64,000 bases of DNA from contig CAWFXA010000002.1 of assembly GCA_963819655.1 (NCBI GenBank), forward strand, positions 1,312,001 to 1,376,000. The letters are read 5' to 3'. The notes beneath the pieces are model-generated. The model was not told where the DNA came from. It worked only from the letters and a program-made list of their open reading frames with translations, and ran no database searches. Positions 19,028 to 28,624 of the stretch are shown one piece after another (positions within the stretch are counted from its first letter, which is position 1; the number at the start of each line of letters is the position of its first letter). A program made the position numbers and the translations under genes. The DNA comes from an uncultured Chloroflexia bacterium. Lineage in GTDB: Bacteria > Chloroflexota > Limnocylindria > Limnocylindrales > CSP1-4.

Positions 19028-19897
19028 TCAGCCCTGCGGACGTCCCTCGGTGCCGCCCTCGCGCAGGAAGCGCTCGATCTCGCCGATCAGGTCATCGCCT
19101 GAGGGAAGTCGCTGCTCATCGACCATCGACTCAAGCCGCTCGACGTAGGTGCGCGTCGTCTCCTCGAGCGCGGTCGCGGTATCGAGCCGCGTTCGCAGTT
19201 GCCCGCTCTCGTCGGCCAGGTCGCCGGTCGGCAGGTCGATCGCGAGGTGGCGGCCGAGCGCCTCCAGCAGCGCCAATGACGCCGCAGGATACGGACCCGA
19301 GACGTAATGGGGCACCTGCGCGAAGTAGCCCACCGCCGGGATACCGCCTTCGGCCATGGCCATCTCGAGGACGCTGATCGTCGCCGCCGGGACGCGCAGC
19401 AGCCCGGCCGGGCCGGGCTGGACGTTACCGCGCAGTCGACCGGATTCCGAGGTCGTGCCGAGGATCGGGACATCGCGTGTGTGCGGGACGGCGGCCGGGA
19501 TCGCCCCGAGACTGACCCACTCCACGACGCCGAGCCGGTGCGCCAGCTCGACGACGGCGGTGGCGAACGCCTGCCATCGATCGTCCGGCTCCGGGCCGGC
19601 CAGGACGAGCAGGTCCCGCTCCGAGAACGAGACGCGCCGGACGACGAGCTCCGGCCAGGTCAGCTCGGCGAGTCGGCCGTCGACGATCTGCAGTGTCGGC
19701 CGCCGCGCGCGGTAGTCGAACAGGGCATCCGGGTCGAACGTCGCAACGTCGACTGCGTCATCGAGGAGTCGTTCTAGCGCCGTGGTCGCGGCGCTGCCGG
19801 CGTCCACCCAGCCGTCGAACGCGGCCACGAACGTCGGAGCGATGAGGTCGCCGGGGTCGCCCGGGCTGCCGGGCCCTGCCAGCGAATAGAGGCTCAC
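19028..19897 (-). CDS. PAC2 (proteasome assembly chaperone) family protein
   Basis: AFDGWVDAG.AA, FDYRARRP, GPEPD.RW, VPHTR, QVPHY. Confidence 0.88.
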   Translation of the reverse strand: MSLYSLAGPGSPGDPGDLIAPTFVAAFDGWVDAGSAATTALERLLDDAVDVATFDPDALFDYRARRPTLQIVDGRLAELTWPELVVRRVSFSERDLLVLAGPEPDDRWQAFATAVVELAHRLGVVEWVSLGAIPAAVPHTRDVPILGTTSESGRLRGNVQPGPAGLLRVPAATISVLEMAMAEGGIPAVGYFAQVPHYVSGPYPAASLALLEALGRHLAIDLPTGDLADESGQLRTRLDTATALEETTRTYVERLESMVDEQRLPSGDDLIGEIERFLREGGTEGRPQG

Positions 19898-20094
19898 GCC
19901 CGAAAGTCTACGCGGCAGCCGGTGCGACCCTGGTCGCGCCATTCCTTGCCCCGGGCGCCTCGCCAGAACGACGGCGGCGTGATTCAATAAACGAAATCAA
20001 CCGTGAATCGAACCGGGGTTGTATCGTCTCGCCCGACTTTGGCAGATTCGTCGGTGGTCCAGCCGACCCCCAGTCCGATACCAGGAGGGAAACC

Positions 20095-21276
20095 TTGCGC
20101 ACTAGGGTCGCGCGGCGTGCCCCCATCATGGCCGCGCTCGTCATCTCGTCACTTGGCCTCACCGCGTTCGCTCCCGTCGTCGGTGCGGCGAACGGTCTCG
20201 AGGTCACGACCCAGTTTCCGGCCGTCGTCGTGGCGCCCGGCAACAAGGTCAGCTTCGACCTCCGAGTCACATCGACGCGACAGGCCGACGTCGCGCTGTC
20301 TCTGACCGGTGTGCCGAGCGGATGGACCGCGAGCATCCTCGGCGGCGGGTACGTCGTCGATGCCGTCGCGGTTGCTCCCGGCACGGCCGGCGAAGTCCGG
20401 CTCGATGTGAGCGTGCCCGCCGATGCAGCGGCCGGGACGTCGACGATCCGCGTGAACGCCCGTGGCGGCGGCGCGGAGGACGTGCTGGCGGTCACGATCC
20501 GCGTGAATGCCGAGGCCGCCGGGACACTGACCCTGACGACCAACACGCCCGAGCTGACCGGCGCGTCCGACAAGGCCTTCAAGTTCGACCTCCAACTTCA
20601 GAACGACACGGCCCAGGACGTGACGGTGTCGGCCACCGCCACCGGCCCGACAGGCTGGACGATCGACACGGTGTTGACCGGGGCGACCGATGCGGCCTCG
20701 ACCGTGGTCAAGACGGGCGCGTCGCAGAGCATCAGCGTCAGCGTCACGCCTGCGGAAGGCACGCCCGCCGACACCTATCCGATCAAGGTGATCGCCACTG
20801 CCGGGGAACGTACGGTCGAAGCCGACCTCGCGATCTCCGTGACCGGCTCGTATTCGATGCAGTTGTCGACGCCCGGTGACGTGCTCTCGACGCGGGGGTC
20901 GGCTGGCTCCGCCACCACGCAGGACTTCGTGATCACGAACACGGGTACCGCGCCGATCACCAACGTCACCCTCGAAGCATCGCCCGCGCCGCCGCAGGGC
21001 TGGACCGTGACCGTGAACCCGGAGGCTGGGGTTCCGTCGATCGAGCCTGGTGCGACCGGCACCGTCACGGCGACCATCACGCCATCGGCCGACGCGGTGG
21101 CCGGTGACTACGTCGTGTCGTTCCAGGCGGTCTCGACCGAGAACACGACCGGCGAGACGGCGCAGATCCGGTTCACCGTCGAGACGTCCCCGATCTGGGC
21201 CCTCGTCGGCATCGCCCTGATCGCGCTGATCCTGGGCGGCCTGTTCTACGTCTTCCGGACCTACGGCCGGCGATGA
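20095..21276 (+). CDS. Exported membrane-anchored protein with NEW3/Ig-like repeats
   Basis: Signal peptide, three P.GW beta-sandwich repeats, C-terminal TM ending FRTYGRR. Confidence 0.8.
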   Translation: MRTRVARRAPIMAALVISSLGLTAFAPVVGAANGLEVTTQFPAVVVAPGNKVSFDLRVTSTRQADVALSLTGVPSGWTASILGGGYVVDAVAVAPGTAGEVRLDVSVPADAAAGTSTIRVNARGGGAEDVLAVTIRVNAEAAGTLTLTTNTPELTGASDKAFKFDLQLQNDTAQDVTVSATATGPTGWTIDTVLTGATDAASTVVKTGASQSISVSVTPAEGTPADTYPIKVIATAGERTVEADLAISVTGSYSMQLSTPGDVLSTRGSAGSATTQDFVITNTGTAPITNVTLEASPAPPQGWTVTVNPEAGVPSIEPGATGTVTATITPSADAVAGDYVVSFQAVSTENTTGETAQIRFTVETSPIWALVGIALIALILGGLFYVFRTYGRR

Positions 21277-22382
21277 GCACGAGTCCAGGACGGATCGCGT
21301 CCAAGCGTCGTCAGGCCAGGCGCGAGGGCCCGGCTGCCGCCGCGGACGGGGCTGCGCCGGGCCGGCCGATCCGGATCAAGACCCGCGGCCTGACCAAGAT
21401 GTACGACGACCTCGTGGCCGTCGACCACCTTGACCTCGACGTCCGCGCCGGGGAGATCTTCGGGCTCCTCGGTCAGAACGGCGCCGGCAAGACCACGACG
21501 ATCCTCATGCTGCTCGGGTTGACCGAGATCACCGAGGGCGCGGCGCGGGTGGTCGGGCTGGATCCATCGCGGGGTCCGCTCGAGGTCAAGCGCCGGGTCG
21601 GCTACCTGCCCGACAGCGTCGGCTTTTACGGGGATCTGACGGGTCGCGAGAACCTGCGCTACACGGCTCGGCTCAATCGGTTGGACCGTGATGAGGCCGA
21701 GACGACCATCGATTCGGTGCTCGAGCAGGTCGGCCTGACCGATCGAGCGGACGACCCCGTGGACGAGTACTCGCGCGGCATGATCCAGCGCCTGGGGATC
21801 GCCGACGCGCTCGTCAAGGATCCCGACGTGCTGATCCTCGACGAGCCGACGACCTCGATCGACCCGCTCGGCGTGACCGAGATCCTCGATCTCCTGCGTG
21901 GCCTTGTTCGCGACCACGGGATGGCGATCCTTCTCTCGAGCCACCTGCTCAACCAGGTCCAGTCGGTCTGCGACCGGATCGGCATCTTCGCCGCCGGAAG
22001 GCTGATCGGGCAGGGAACCATGGCGCAGCTGGCCGAGCGCTTCGGCGAGGGACCTCAGGAACTCGAGATCGGCATCGACGTGCACACGCCGGCAGAGGTC
22101 GAGCGAGCCCGGACGGTGCTCCGCGCCGTGCCGGGCGTCACCGCCCTCGGCGACAGCGCCCGGCCCGGCGATCCGTGGCGCATCTCGATCGCCCCGGACT
22201 CCGATCCGGCCAAGGTCCGGTCCGCGGTCCTGGCCGCCGTGGCGGCCGAGCAGCTCCCGCTGACGTCGATCCGGGCCATCGTCCCATCGCTCGAGGACAT
22301 CTATCGCCGCGCCGTCTCCGGCCCAAGCGACCAGGCTCGTCCGGCCCCCGACCGCCGAACCCCGCGGGAGGTGCCGGCATGA
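21273..22382 (+). CDS. ABC transporter ATP-binding protein
   Basis: GQNGAGKTT, YSRGM.QR, LILDEPT. Confidence 0.93.
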   Translation: MSTSPGRIASKRRQARREGPAAAADGAAPGRPIRIKTRGLTKMYDDLVAVDHLDLDVRAGEIFGLLGQNGAGKTTTILMLLGLTEITEGAARVVGLDPSRGPLEVKRRVGYLPDSVGFYGDLTGRENLRYTARLNRLDRDEAETTIDSVLEQVGLTDRADDPVDEYSRGMIQRLGIADALVKDPDVLILDEPTTSIDPLGVTEILDLLRGLVRDHGMAILLSSHLLNQVQSVCDRIGIFAAGRLIGQGTMAQLAERFGEGPQELEIGIDVHTPAEVERARTVLRAVPGVTALGDSARPGDPWRISIAPDSDPAKVRSAVLAAVAAEQLPLTSIRAIVPSLEDIYRRAVSGPSDQARPAPDRRTPREVPA

Positions 22383-23434
22383 CCGCTACGACGACCACCG
22401 CTGACGGTGCCCCGACGCCCGCCGAGGGCTCGGCCCAGCCGGCTGAGCGCACACGGTCGATCCCGCGCGCCGGCTGGATGGTCATCGCCAACAAGGAGTT
22501 CGGCGATCACCTGCTGTCGTCGCGGTTCATCGTCCTGCTGCTGATCCTCGGACTGGCCGCCGGCATCCCGATCTTCCTTGCCACGGAACAGATCACGAGC
22601 ATCGCGTCCGAGGTGAGCGGGATCCCGGCCCTGTTCATCGCGCTGTTCATCGCGGGCGCCCAGGACGTCTCGATCCTGCAGCTCGACCTGACGGTCCAGT
22701 CGTTCATCGGGCTGGTTGCGCCGTTGCTCGGTCTGGCGTTCATGTTCGACTCGATCAACGGCGAGCGCTCGCAGGGGACGCTCCCGCGGCTACTGTCCCA
22801 GCCGATCCACCGCGACGATGTGATCAACGGCAAATTCGCCGCGGGTCTCGCGGTGATCAGCGTCGTCCTCATCACGGTGTGCGGGATCGTCGCCGCCTTC
22901 GGGATCCTCCGGCTGGGGATCGTCCCGGCGCCGTACGAGATCCTGCGGCTGCTGATCTGGATCCTGGCGACGATCCTCTACGTCGGCTTGTGGCTGGCTT
23001 TCGGGCTGCTGTTGTCGGTGGTGTTCCGTCGGGCCGCGACGTCGGCGCTGGTCGGGTTCGGGGCATGGCTCGTCCTGACCGTGTTCGGCCAGTTCCTGGC
23101 GCGCTTCGTGCTGGCGTTCCTGGTGCCGGTCTCGTCGGCCCTTTCGGAGGAGAACCTGCAGGCGGCGTCGACGCAATCCACGATCCTGCGGCTCCTGCCG
23201 ACCACCCTGTACAGCGACCTGTCGCTGGTGCTGCTCAGCCCGCGGATCACGGGGACCGGCGTCTCGGGCAGCATCGGCGAAGAGGTCCAGCGGCAGCTCC
23301 AGATCCAGTCGTTCCTGTCGATCGACCAGAGCCTTCTGCTGGTCTGGCCGCAGCTCGTGTTCCTCATCGCGATGATGGTCGCCTGCTTCGCGGCGGCCTA
23401 CGTCCTGTTCATGCGCCAGGAGGTGCGGGCCTAG
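22379..23434 (+). CDS. ABC-2 transporter permease
   Basis: FDSINGERSQGTL.RLLSQPI.RD.VI.GK; multiple TMs. Confidence 0.9.
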   Translation: MTATTTTADGAPTPAEGSAQPAERTRSIPRAGWMVIANKEFGDHLLSSRFIVLLLILGLAAGIPIFLATEQITSIASEVSGIPALFIALFIAGAQDVSILQLDLTVQSFIGLVAPLLGLAFMFDSINGERSQGTLPRLLSQPIHRDDVINGKFAAGLAVISVVLITVCGIVAAFGILRLGIVPAPYEILRLLIWILATILYVGLWLAFGLLLSVVFRRAATSALVGFGAWLVLTVFGQFLARFVLAFLVPVSSALSEENLQAASTQSTILRLLPTTLYSDLSLVLLSPRITGTGVSGSIGEEVQRQLQIQSFLSIDQSLLLVWPQLVFLIAMMVACFAAAYVLFMRQEVRA

Positions 23435-23492
23435 AGGGGCCTGGACCCCCGCGAGGGACACGCCGACTACAGCGCCCTGACAGCCGCCCGCG

Positions 23493-23657
23493 TTCTTGTC
23501 ATTTGCTCGTCAGGCCGACCAGCGACGACGTTTCCGAACCGACCCGGGACTGGACATCGCCTGCTCACGCATGATTGAGTCCCGCAAACGGCCCGTATCC
23601 GGGAAATACTGCCCGATCTCGAATCATCGGCTGACCATGCAGACATCTGACAAGAAA
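23493..23657. repeat. Family A palindromic repeat cluster
   Basis: TCATTTGCTCGTC identical to 2095-2107; GACATCTGACAAGAA similar to 2471-2485. Confidence 0.55.
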
Positions 23658-23741
23658 TTCGCCATCCGATGCGCGATCCGGCGCCCACCCCAACCGATCC
23701 GCTCCGCCTAGCGATCGGTCCGACAACGTCCGGCGAACCGC

Positions 23742-24344
23742 CTATCCCAGGGTTCCCGGCGCGAGCCCGAGCTCTCGTTCCGCGGCGGCCGTCGACCAGG
23801 CCACAACGTCCGGGCGCGAGATCGTCGTCCCGTGGGCGACGACCTGCAGCGCCAGCCCGTCGAGCAGCGACAGGATCCGCCACGCCGCGCCCCCAGGATC
23901 GGGGCATGAGAACGCCCCGGCCCGGACCCCTTCCTCGATGGTCCGCTCCAGGAGAGCCTGCCATTCCAGGTTGAGCCGCCGCGAGGTGGCCTGCACAGCC
24001 GGTCGGCGAGCCGCCTCGGCCCACGCATCCAGCCAGAGCTGGAACGCCCAGTCCTTGTCCGCCGGCGTGTAGGTCTCGAAGAAGATGCGCAACGCCTCGA
24101 CGGGCGATGTGGCCGCGGCCATCAGCCGCGCCGAGAGCTCGAGATCCTGGCTCGCGACGACCTCGAACGCCGCGGCGAGCACCTCATCCATCGACGCGAA
24201 GTAGTGGTGGATGAGGCCCGACGACGTCCCCATCTCGGCGGCCACGTCGCGTACGGTGGTCGACGCAAGCCCCTTGCGACGCGCCACATCGACCGTTGCC
24301 AACACGATCGCGTCGCGTCGTTCCGCCGGCGTCATCCGCTTCAC
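23742..24344 (-). CDS. TetR-family regulator (BetI-like C-terminus)
   Basis: TTVRDVAAEMGTSSGLIHHYF; leaderless TACCCT-6nt-GTG. Confidence 0.9.
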   Translation of the reverse strand: MKRMTPAERRDAIVLATVDVARRKGLASTTVRDVAAEMGTSSGLIHHYFASMDEVLAAAFEVVASQDLELSARLMAAATSPVEALRIFFETYTPADKDWAFQLWLDAWAEAARRPAVQATSRRLNLEWQALLERTIEEGVRAGAFSCPDPGGAAWRILSLLDGLALQVVAHGTTISRPDVVAWSTAAAERELGLAPGTLG

Positions 24345-24363
24345 GCCCGCAGGGTAGGACGAT

Positions 24364-24381
24364 ATTGCGCAGGCGTCCAAT
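24364..24381. promoter_or_regulatory. Probable TetR operator in 57-bp divergent spacer
   Basis: ATTG-N10-CAAT imperfect palindrome between the two -10 boxes. Confidence 0.4.
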
Positions 24382-24401
24382 AGCAGGTATCGTCGCGAAC
24401 G

Positions 24402-25604
24402 ATGGCGATTCGCGGCACCCCGTTCCACGAGCGGACCAACGCGCTCAACGAGACCCAGCTGTGGAGTCATTGGTCGGGTCACCTGGCGGCTGACCGGTAC
24501 CAGATGTCGGACAAGTTCGAGTACTTCGCTGTCCGCAACGCGGCCGGCATCTTCGACTCGAGCCCGCTGTTCAAGTACCGGATCACCGGCAGCGATGCCG
24601 AGAAGTTCCTGTCCGGCGTGCTCGCCCGCGACATCCGTGCATGTCCGCCGGGCCACGCCCAGTACACCTGCTGGCTCGACGATCGCGGCTTCGTCATCGA
24701 GGACGGCGTCATCCTGCGGCTCGGCAAGTCCGAGTTCCTGCTGACCTGCGCCGAACCGAACTTCGCCTACTTCGCCGACCGGATCGGGCGCGACGACGTG
24801 CACATCGAGGATGTCAGCCACGAGATGGGCACCCTCGCCGTCCAGGGCCCGCGCAGCCGCAACCTCCTGAAGAAGCTCGTGCCCCAGATGGAGAACATCC
24901 CGTACTTCGGGGTCGCCAAGGGCGAGATCGGCGGGGCAGGGGTGACCGTCAGCCGGACGGGCTACAGCGGCGACCTCGGCTACGAGATCTGGATCGACAC
25001 CCCTGACGCGCTGCACGTCTGGGACACGCTGTGGGAGTCGGTCGAGGGCCATGGCGTGCTGCCATTCGGTCTCGCGGCGCTGTACATGCTCCGCATCGAG
25101 GCGGGGCTCCTCCTGCTCGAGGCGGATTTCGACTCGAGTCGTTTCGCCTGGAACGACGCCCACCGGTCGACCCCGATCGAGCTTGGCTGGAGCTGGATGT
25201 TCAAGGACCTCAAGGCAGACGATCGCGCCTTCATCGGGCGCAAGGCCCTGGAGAGAGAGATCGCCGACAAGACCTCGCGCTGGGCGATGCGCGGCCTGAT
25301 CGTGGACTGGCGGGACTACGATCGTGTCTACAACGACGCGGGCCTGATCCCGCCCAAGGACCACGCCCCGGTGGTCGAGGACTGGATGCTCTACGACGAC
25401 GAGTACGAGCGCGTCGGCTACGCGACGAGCTTCATGTACTCACCGATGCTCCAGCGCCACATCGCGATCGCCCGCGTTCGCCCCGACTTCGCGAAGCTCG
25501 GGACGAAGGTCAACCTGGAGTTCACCGTCGACCACCATTACGAGCAGGTCGCCGCGCATGTCGCGCGGCTGCCGCTCTACAACCCGGAGCGAAAGACGGC
25601 CTGA
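24402..25604 (+). CDS. GcvT-like folate-dependent aminomethyltransferase/demethylase
   Basis: EYFAVRN.AGIFD.S, AVQGP.S, SRTGYSGDLGYE, LRIEAG. Confidence 0.88.
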   Translation: MAIRGTPFHERTNALNETQLWSHWSGHLAADRYQMSDKFEYFAVRNAAGIFDSSPLFKYRITGSDAEKFLSGVLARDIRACPPGHAQYTCWLDDRGFVIEDGVILRLGKSEFLLTCAEPNFAYFADRIGRDDVHIEDVSHEMGTLAVQGPRSRNLLKKLVPQMENIPYFGVAKGEIGGAGVTVSRTGYSGDLGYEIWIDTPDALHVWDTLWESVEGHGVLPFGLAALYMLRIEAGLLLLEADFDSSRFAWNDAHRSTPIELGWSWMFKDLKADDRAFIGRKALEREIADKTSRWAMRGLIVDWRDYDRVYNDAGLIPPKDHAPVVEDWMLYDDEYERVGYATSFMYSPMLQRHIAIARVRPDFAKLGTKVNLEFTVDHHYEQVAAHVARLPLYNPERKTA

Positions 25605-25605
25605 T

Positions 25606-27294
25606 ATGACGATCACCGCGCCGAAGCCCCCGACAAGCAAGACCGGCCCTGCGAAGCCAAGGAGTGCCACCACCCGAGGCGACCGGACCTACGATGCCAT
25701 CGTCGTCGGGGGTGGACACAACGGCCTCGTGAACGGGGCGTACCTCGCCAAGGCCGGCCTCAGGACGCTGGTCCTCGAGCGGCGCAACATCGTTGGTGGC
25801 GCGGCCATCACCGAGGAGCTCCGACCGGGCTTCTGGTTCACGACGTTCTCGTACGCGCTGAGCCTGCTGCGACCGGAGATCATCCACGACCTCGAGCTGA
25901 CGAAGCACGGCTTCATGCCGCTGCTCATGTCGACCACGTTCGCGCCCGGGCTCGACGGCGAGTACCTGCTGTTCACTCAGGATCACGCCCAGAACCAGCA
26001 GGAGATCGCGCGGCATTCGAAGCACGACGCCGATGCCTACGACCAGTACAGCCACGACATGGAGATGGTCTGCCAGGCCATCAAGCCGTTGCTGGACATG
26101 GTCCCGCCGGACATCTTCAGCGACGACCCGGAAGAGCTCATCGCGCTCGCCAGCCTCGGGTCCCGCTTCAAGAAGATGGACAAGCGTGTGCTCCACAACG
26201 CGGTCCGGCTGCTGACGGGTAGCGCCGCCGATTTCCTCGATGACTACTTCGAGTCGGAGCTGCTCAAGGGCTACCTCGCCTCCTCGAGCATCATCGGCAC
26301 GAAGGTCGGTCCGCGGTCGCAGGGCTCCGGACTCGTACTGCTCTACCACTCGATCGGGGAGCACGACGGCGAGTTCGGCTCGTGGGCATTCCACAAGAAG
26401 GGCAACGGCGGGTTCACGCAGGTCCTCGCCCGGGCCGCTGAGTCGTTCGGCGCGGAGATCCGGCTGGAGTCGCCGGTCGAGGCGGTCATCACGAAGGATG
26501 GCCGGGCGACCGGTGTCGCTCTCGCGGACGGCACGGAGTTCTACGCCGAGACGGTCGTCTCGGCACTCGACCCGCGGCGGACGTTCCTCGAGCTCGTCAA
26601 CCCGCGCGAGCTGCCCGACGACCTCGTCGAGAACATCCAGCGCTTCCGGTTCCAGGGCACGTCATCGAAGGTGAACTTCGCCCTCGATGGCCTGCTCAAG
26701 TTCCCGGCGCTCGGCGATCGGGGCGACCAGTTCCGTGGGTTCACCAACATCGGTCCGTCGATGGACTACCTCGAGCGGGCGTTCGACGACGCCAAGTACG
26801 GCTGGTACTCGCAGAATCCCTACATCGACATGGCCATCCAGTCGACGATCGACGCCGACATGGCGCCTCCGGGCAAACACGTCCTGTCGTGCTTCATCCA
26901 GTACACGCCGTACAAGCTGCGCGAGAGCGACTGGGACAGCGAGAAGGAGAACCTCGGCGACACCGTCCAGCGGACGCTCGAGCGGTTCTTCCCGGGCTTC
27001 GGCGACCTCGTCCTCCAGCGCGAGGTGCGGACCCCGCTCGACATCGAGCGGACGGTCGGCCTGTCCGAGGGCAACATCTTCGCCGGCGAGTTCTTCGCGC
27101 CGCAGATGTTCTTCTTCCGCCCGGCGCCGGGTTGGTCGCAGTACCGCACCCCGATCGACGGTTACTACCAGTGCGGCTCGGGCACGCACCCAGGCGGCTG
27201 CGTGATGGGCGCGCCGGGCAAGCTCGCCGCCGGGCAGATCCTCAAGGACCGCGCGAGAGCCAGCTCGAAGGCGAAGGTGGCGGCCCGGGCCTAG
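25606..27294 (+). CDS. Phytoene dehydrogenase-like (PYROXD2-type) FAD oxidoreductase
   Basis: GGGHNGL, LERR..VGGAA, YQCGSGTHPGG.VMGAPG. Confidence 0.88.
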   Translation: MTITAPKPPTSKTGPAKPRSATTRGDRTYDAIVVGGGHNGLVNGAYLAKAGLRTLVLERRNIVGGAAITEELRPGFWFTTFSYALSLLRPEIIHDLELTKHGFMPLLMSTTFAPGLDGEYLLFTQDHAQNQQEIARHSKHDADAYDQYSHDMEMVCQAIKPLLDMVPPDIFSDDPEELIALASLGSRFKKMDKRVLHNAVRLLTGSAADFLDDYFESELLKGYLASSSIIGTKVGPRSQGSGLVLLYHSIGEHDGEFGSWAFHKKGNGGFTQVLARAAESFGAEIRLESPVEAVITKDGRATGVALADGTEFYAETVVSALDPRRTFLELVNPRELPDDLVENIQRFRFQGTSSKVNFALDGLLKFPALGDRGDQFRGFTNIGPSMDYLERAFDDAKYGWYSQNPYIDMAIQSTIDADMAPPGKHVLSCFIQYTPYKLRESDWDSEKENLGDTVQRTLERFFPGFGDLVLQREVRTPLDIERTVGLSEGNIFAGEFFAPQMFFFRPAPGWSQYRTPIDGYYQCGSGTHPGGCVMGAPGKLAAGQILKDRARASSKAKVAARA

Positions 27295-27369
27295 AATCCC
27301 TCCAGCGGGACCGCGACGGCCCGCGAGGAGGTCGGTCGCGTCGTCCCGTCGGAACGGACGGGCCCGGCC

Positions 27370-28515
27370 ATGACCAGACTCCGCCACGACGTCGACTTCG
27401 TGACGACGATCGGACTCCTGGCGACCGTGGTCGCCACCGCGCTCACCGGCGTCATCGCCGATCTGTGGGACCTCAACGACTTCTGGTATCACACCGTGTC
27501 TGGCTACGCGATGGGCGCCTTCGCGGCAGCGCACGTGTGGTTCAACCGTGAGCAGTTGGTCGGCTATGCGCGATTCCGGTGGCGCTCGATGCGCCGTCCA
27601 GCCGGAGCGGTGGCGGTCCCGCGCGCGCCAACGCGCACTTCGGAGGTCGAGCCACTGGACTGGCCGTCGGCGTTCGGGCGATCGGTGCTCTCCCGGCGGG
27701 GCCTGTTCGGGCTGACGCTCGGCGGCGTCGGCGGCATCCTGCTCGGCCGGGGGCTGCGTCCCGCCCCACAGATCGAGGCCGGTGCGGACGTCGGTGTCAT
27801 CTACCACCAGTGGAGCAAGCCCGGCCTCATCGACGCGCTCGGATCGGTCGCAAACTGGGGCCCCCCGGTCACGTTGTACAAGGCGTATCCGGGCGCGGCG
27901 GTCGTGGGTCTACCCGCGCCGGATCTCGACGGCGGCCTGCCCACCGGCCGGGTGATCGCCGCCCGCCGCTCGACCCGCGATTACGTCCCGACGCCCATGT
28001 CGTCGGCCGAGTTGTCACGGCTGCTGTTCCTGACCAGCGGCATCGCGGCCGACAAGTACGGCAACGCGCGTCGGACGGCGCCGTCGTCCGGCGCGCTGTA
28101 TCCGATCGAGGTGTACGCGGTCGTCCATCGCGTGGATGGCATCGACCCCGGTGTCTACCACTACGCCTACCGCGAGCACGCGCTCGAGCGGATCCGCCAC
28201 GGCGACTTCCGCGCGAAGGTCGTCGAGCAGGCGATCGCCCAGGAGTTCCTCGGCGAGTGTGGCGTCGTCCTGTTCCTGACGATGATCATGCAGCGCATGC
28301 GGCCCAAGTACCAGGATCGGAGCTACCGCTACGGGCTGCTCGAGGCCGGCCATCTGGGCGAAAACGCCTATCTGGCGGCGACCTCGATGGGTCTCGGCGC
28401 GTGCGGCGTCGGGGCGTTCATGGACGACGCGATCAACGAGATGCTCGGTGTCGACGGGGTCGAGGAGGCTGCCGTCTACATGCTGGCGGCCGGCCGGGTC
28501 GCGGCAGCAGCCTGA
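27370..28515 (+). CDS. SagB/ThcOx-type FMN nitroreductase with N-terminal TM region
   Basis: RRSTRDY, PSSGALYP.E.Y, KY..RSYRY.LLEAGH; two N-terminal TMs with His residues, then SRRGLF. Confidence 0.85.
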   Translation: MTRLRHDVDFVTTIGLLATVVATALTGVIADLWDLNDFWYHTVSGYAMGAFAAAHVWFNREQLVGYARFRWRSMRRPAGAVAVPRAPTRTSEVEPLDWPSAFGRSVLSRRGLFGLTLGGVGGILLGRGLRPAPQIEAGADVGVIYHQWSKPGLIDALGSVANWGPPVTLYKAYPGAAVVGLPAPDLDGGLPTGRVIAARRSTRDYVPTPMSSAELSRLLFLTSGIAADKYGNARRTAPSSGALYPIEVYAVVHRVDGIDPGVYHYAYREHALERIRHGDFRAKVVEQAIAQEFLGECGVVLFLTMIMQRMRPKYQDRSYRYGLLEAGHLGENAYLAATSMGLGACGVGAFMDDAINEMLGVDGVEEAAVYMLAAGRVAAAA

Positions 28516-28624
28516 GACCGACGATCGCATTTCGCCTCGCTCGCGCGAAATCGGAACTGGATCCGCGACGGCTCGCTCATAGGCTGTAGCACGACCACCC
28601 GGTCGTGCACCACCCGGAGGCCCG

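Noticed and set aside
24345-24401. Glycine riboswitch or glycine cleavage operon
   Set aside because: The spacer is only 57 nt and gcvP/gcvH are absent
23742-25364. 540-aa TetR fusion from the ORF track
   Set aside because: The extension is the antisense of the GcvT-like gene; the real start is 24344. Similar over-extensions were trimmed at 3513, 7624, 7353, 16393, 34508 and 39271
27370-28515. RiPP (azole-modified peptide) cluster suggested by the SagB domain
   Set aside because: No YcaO, E1-like protein or precursor peptide nearby
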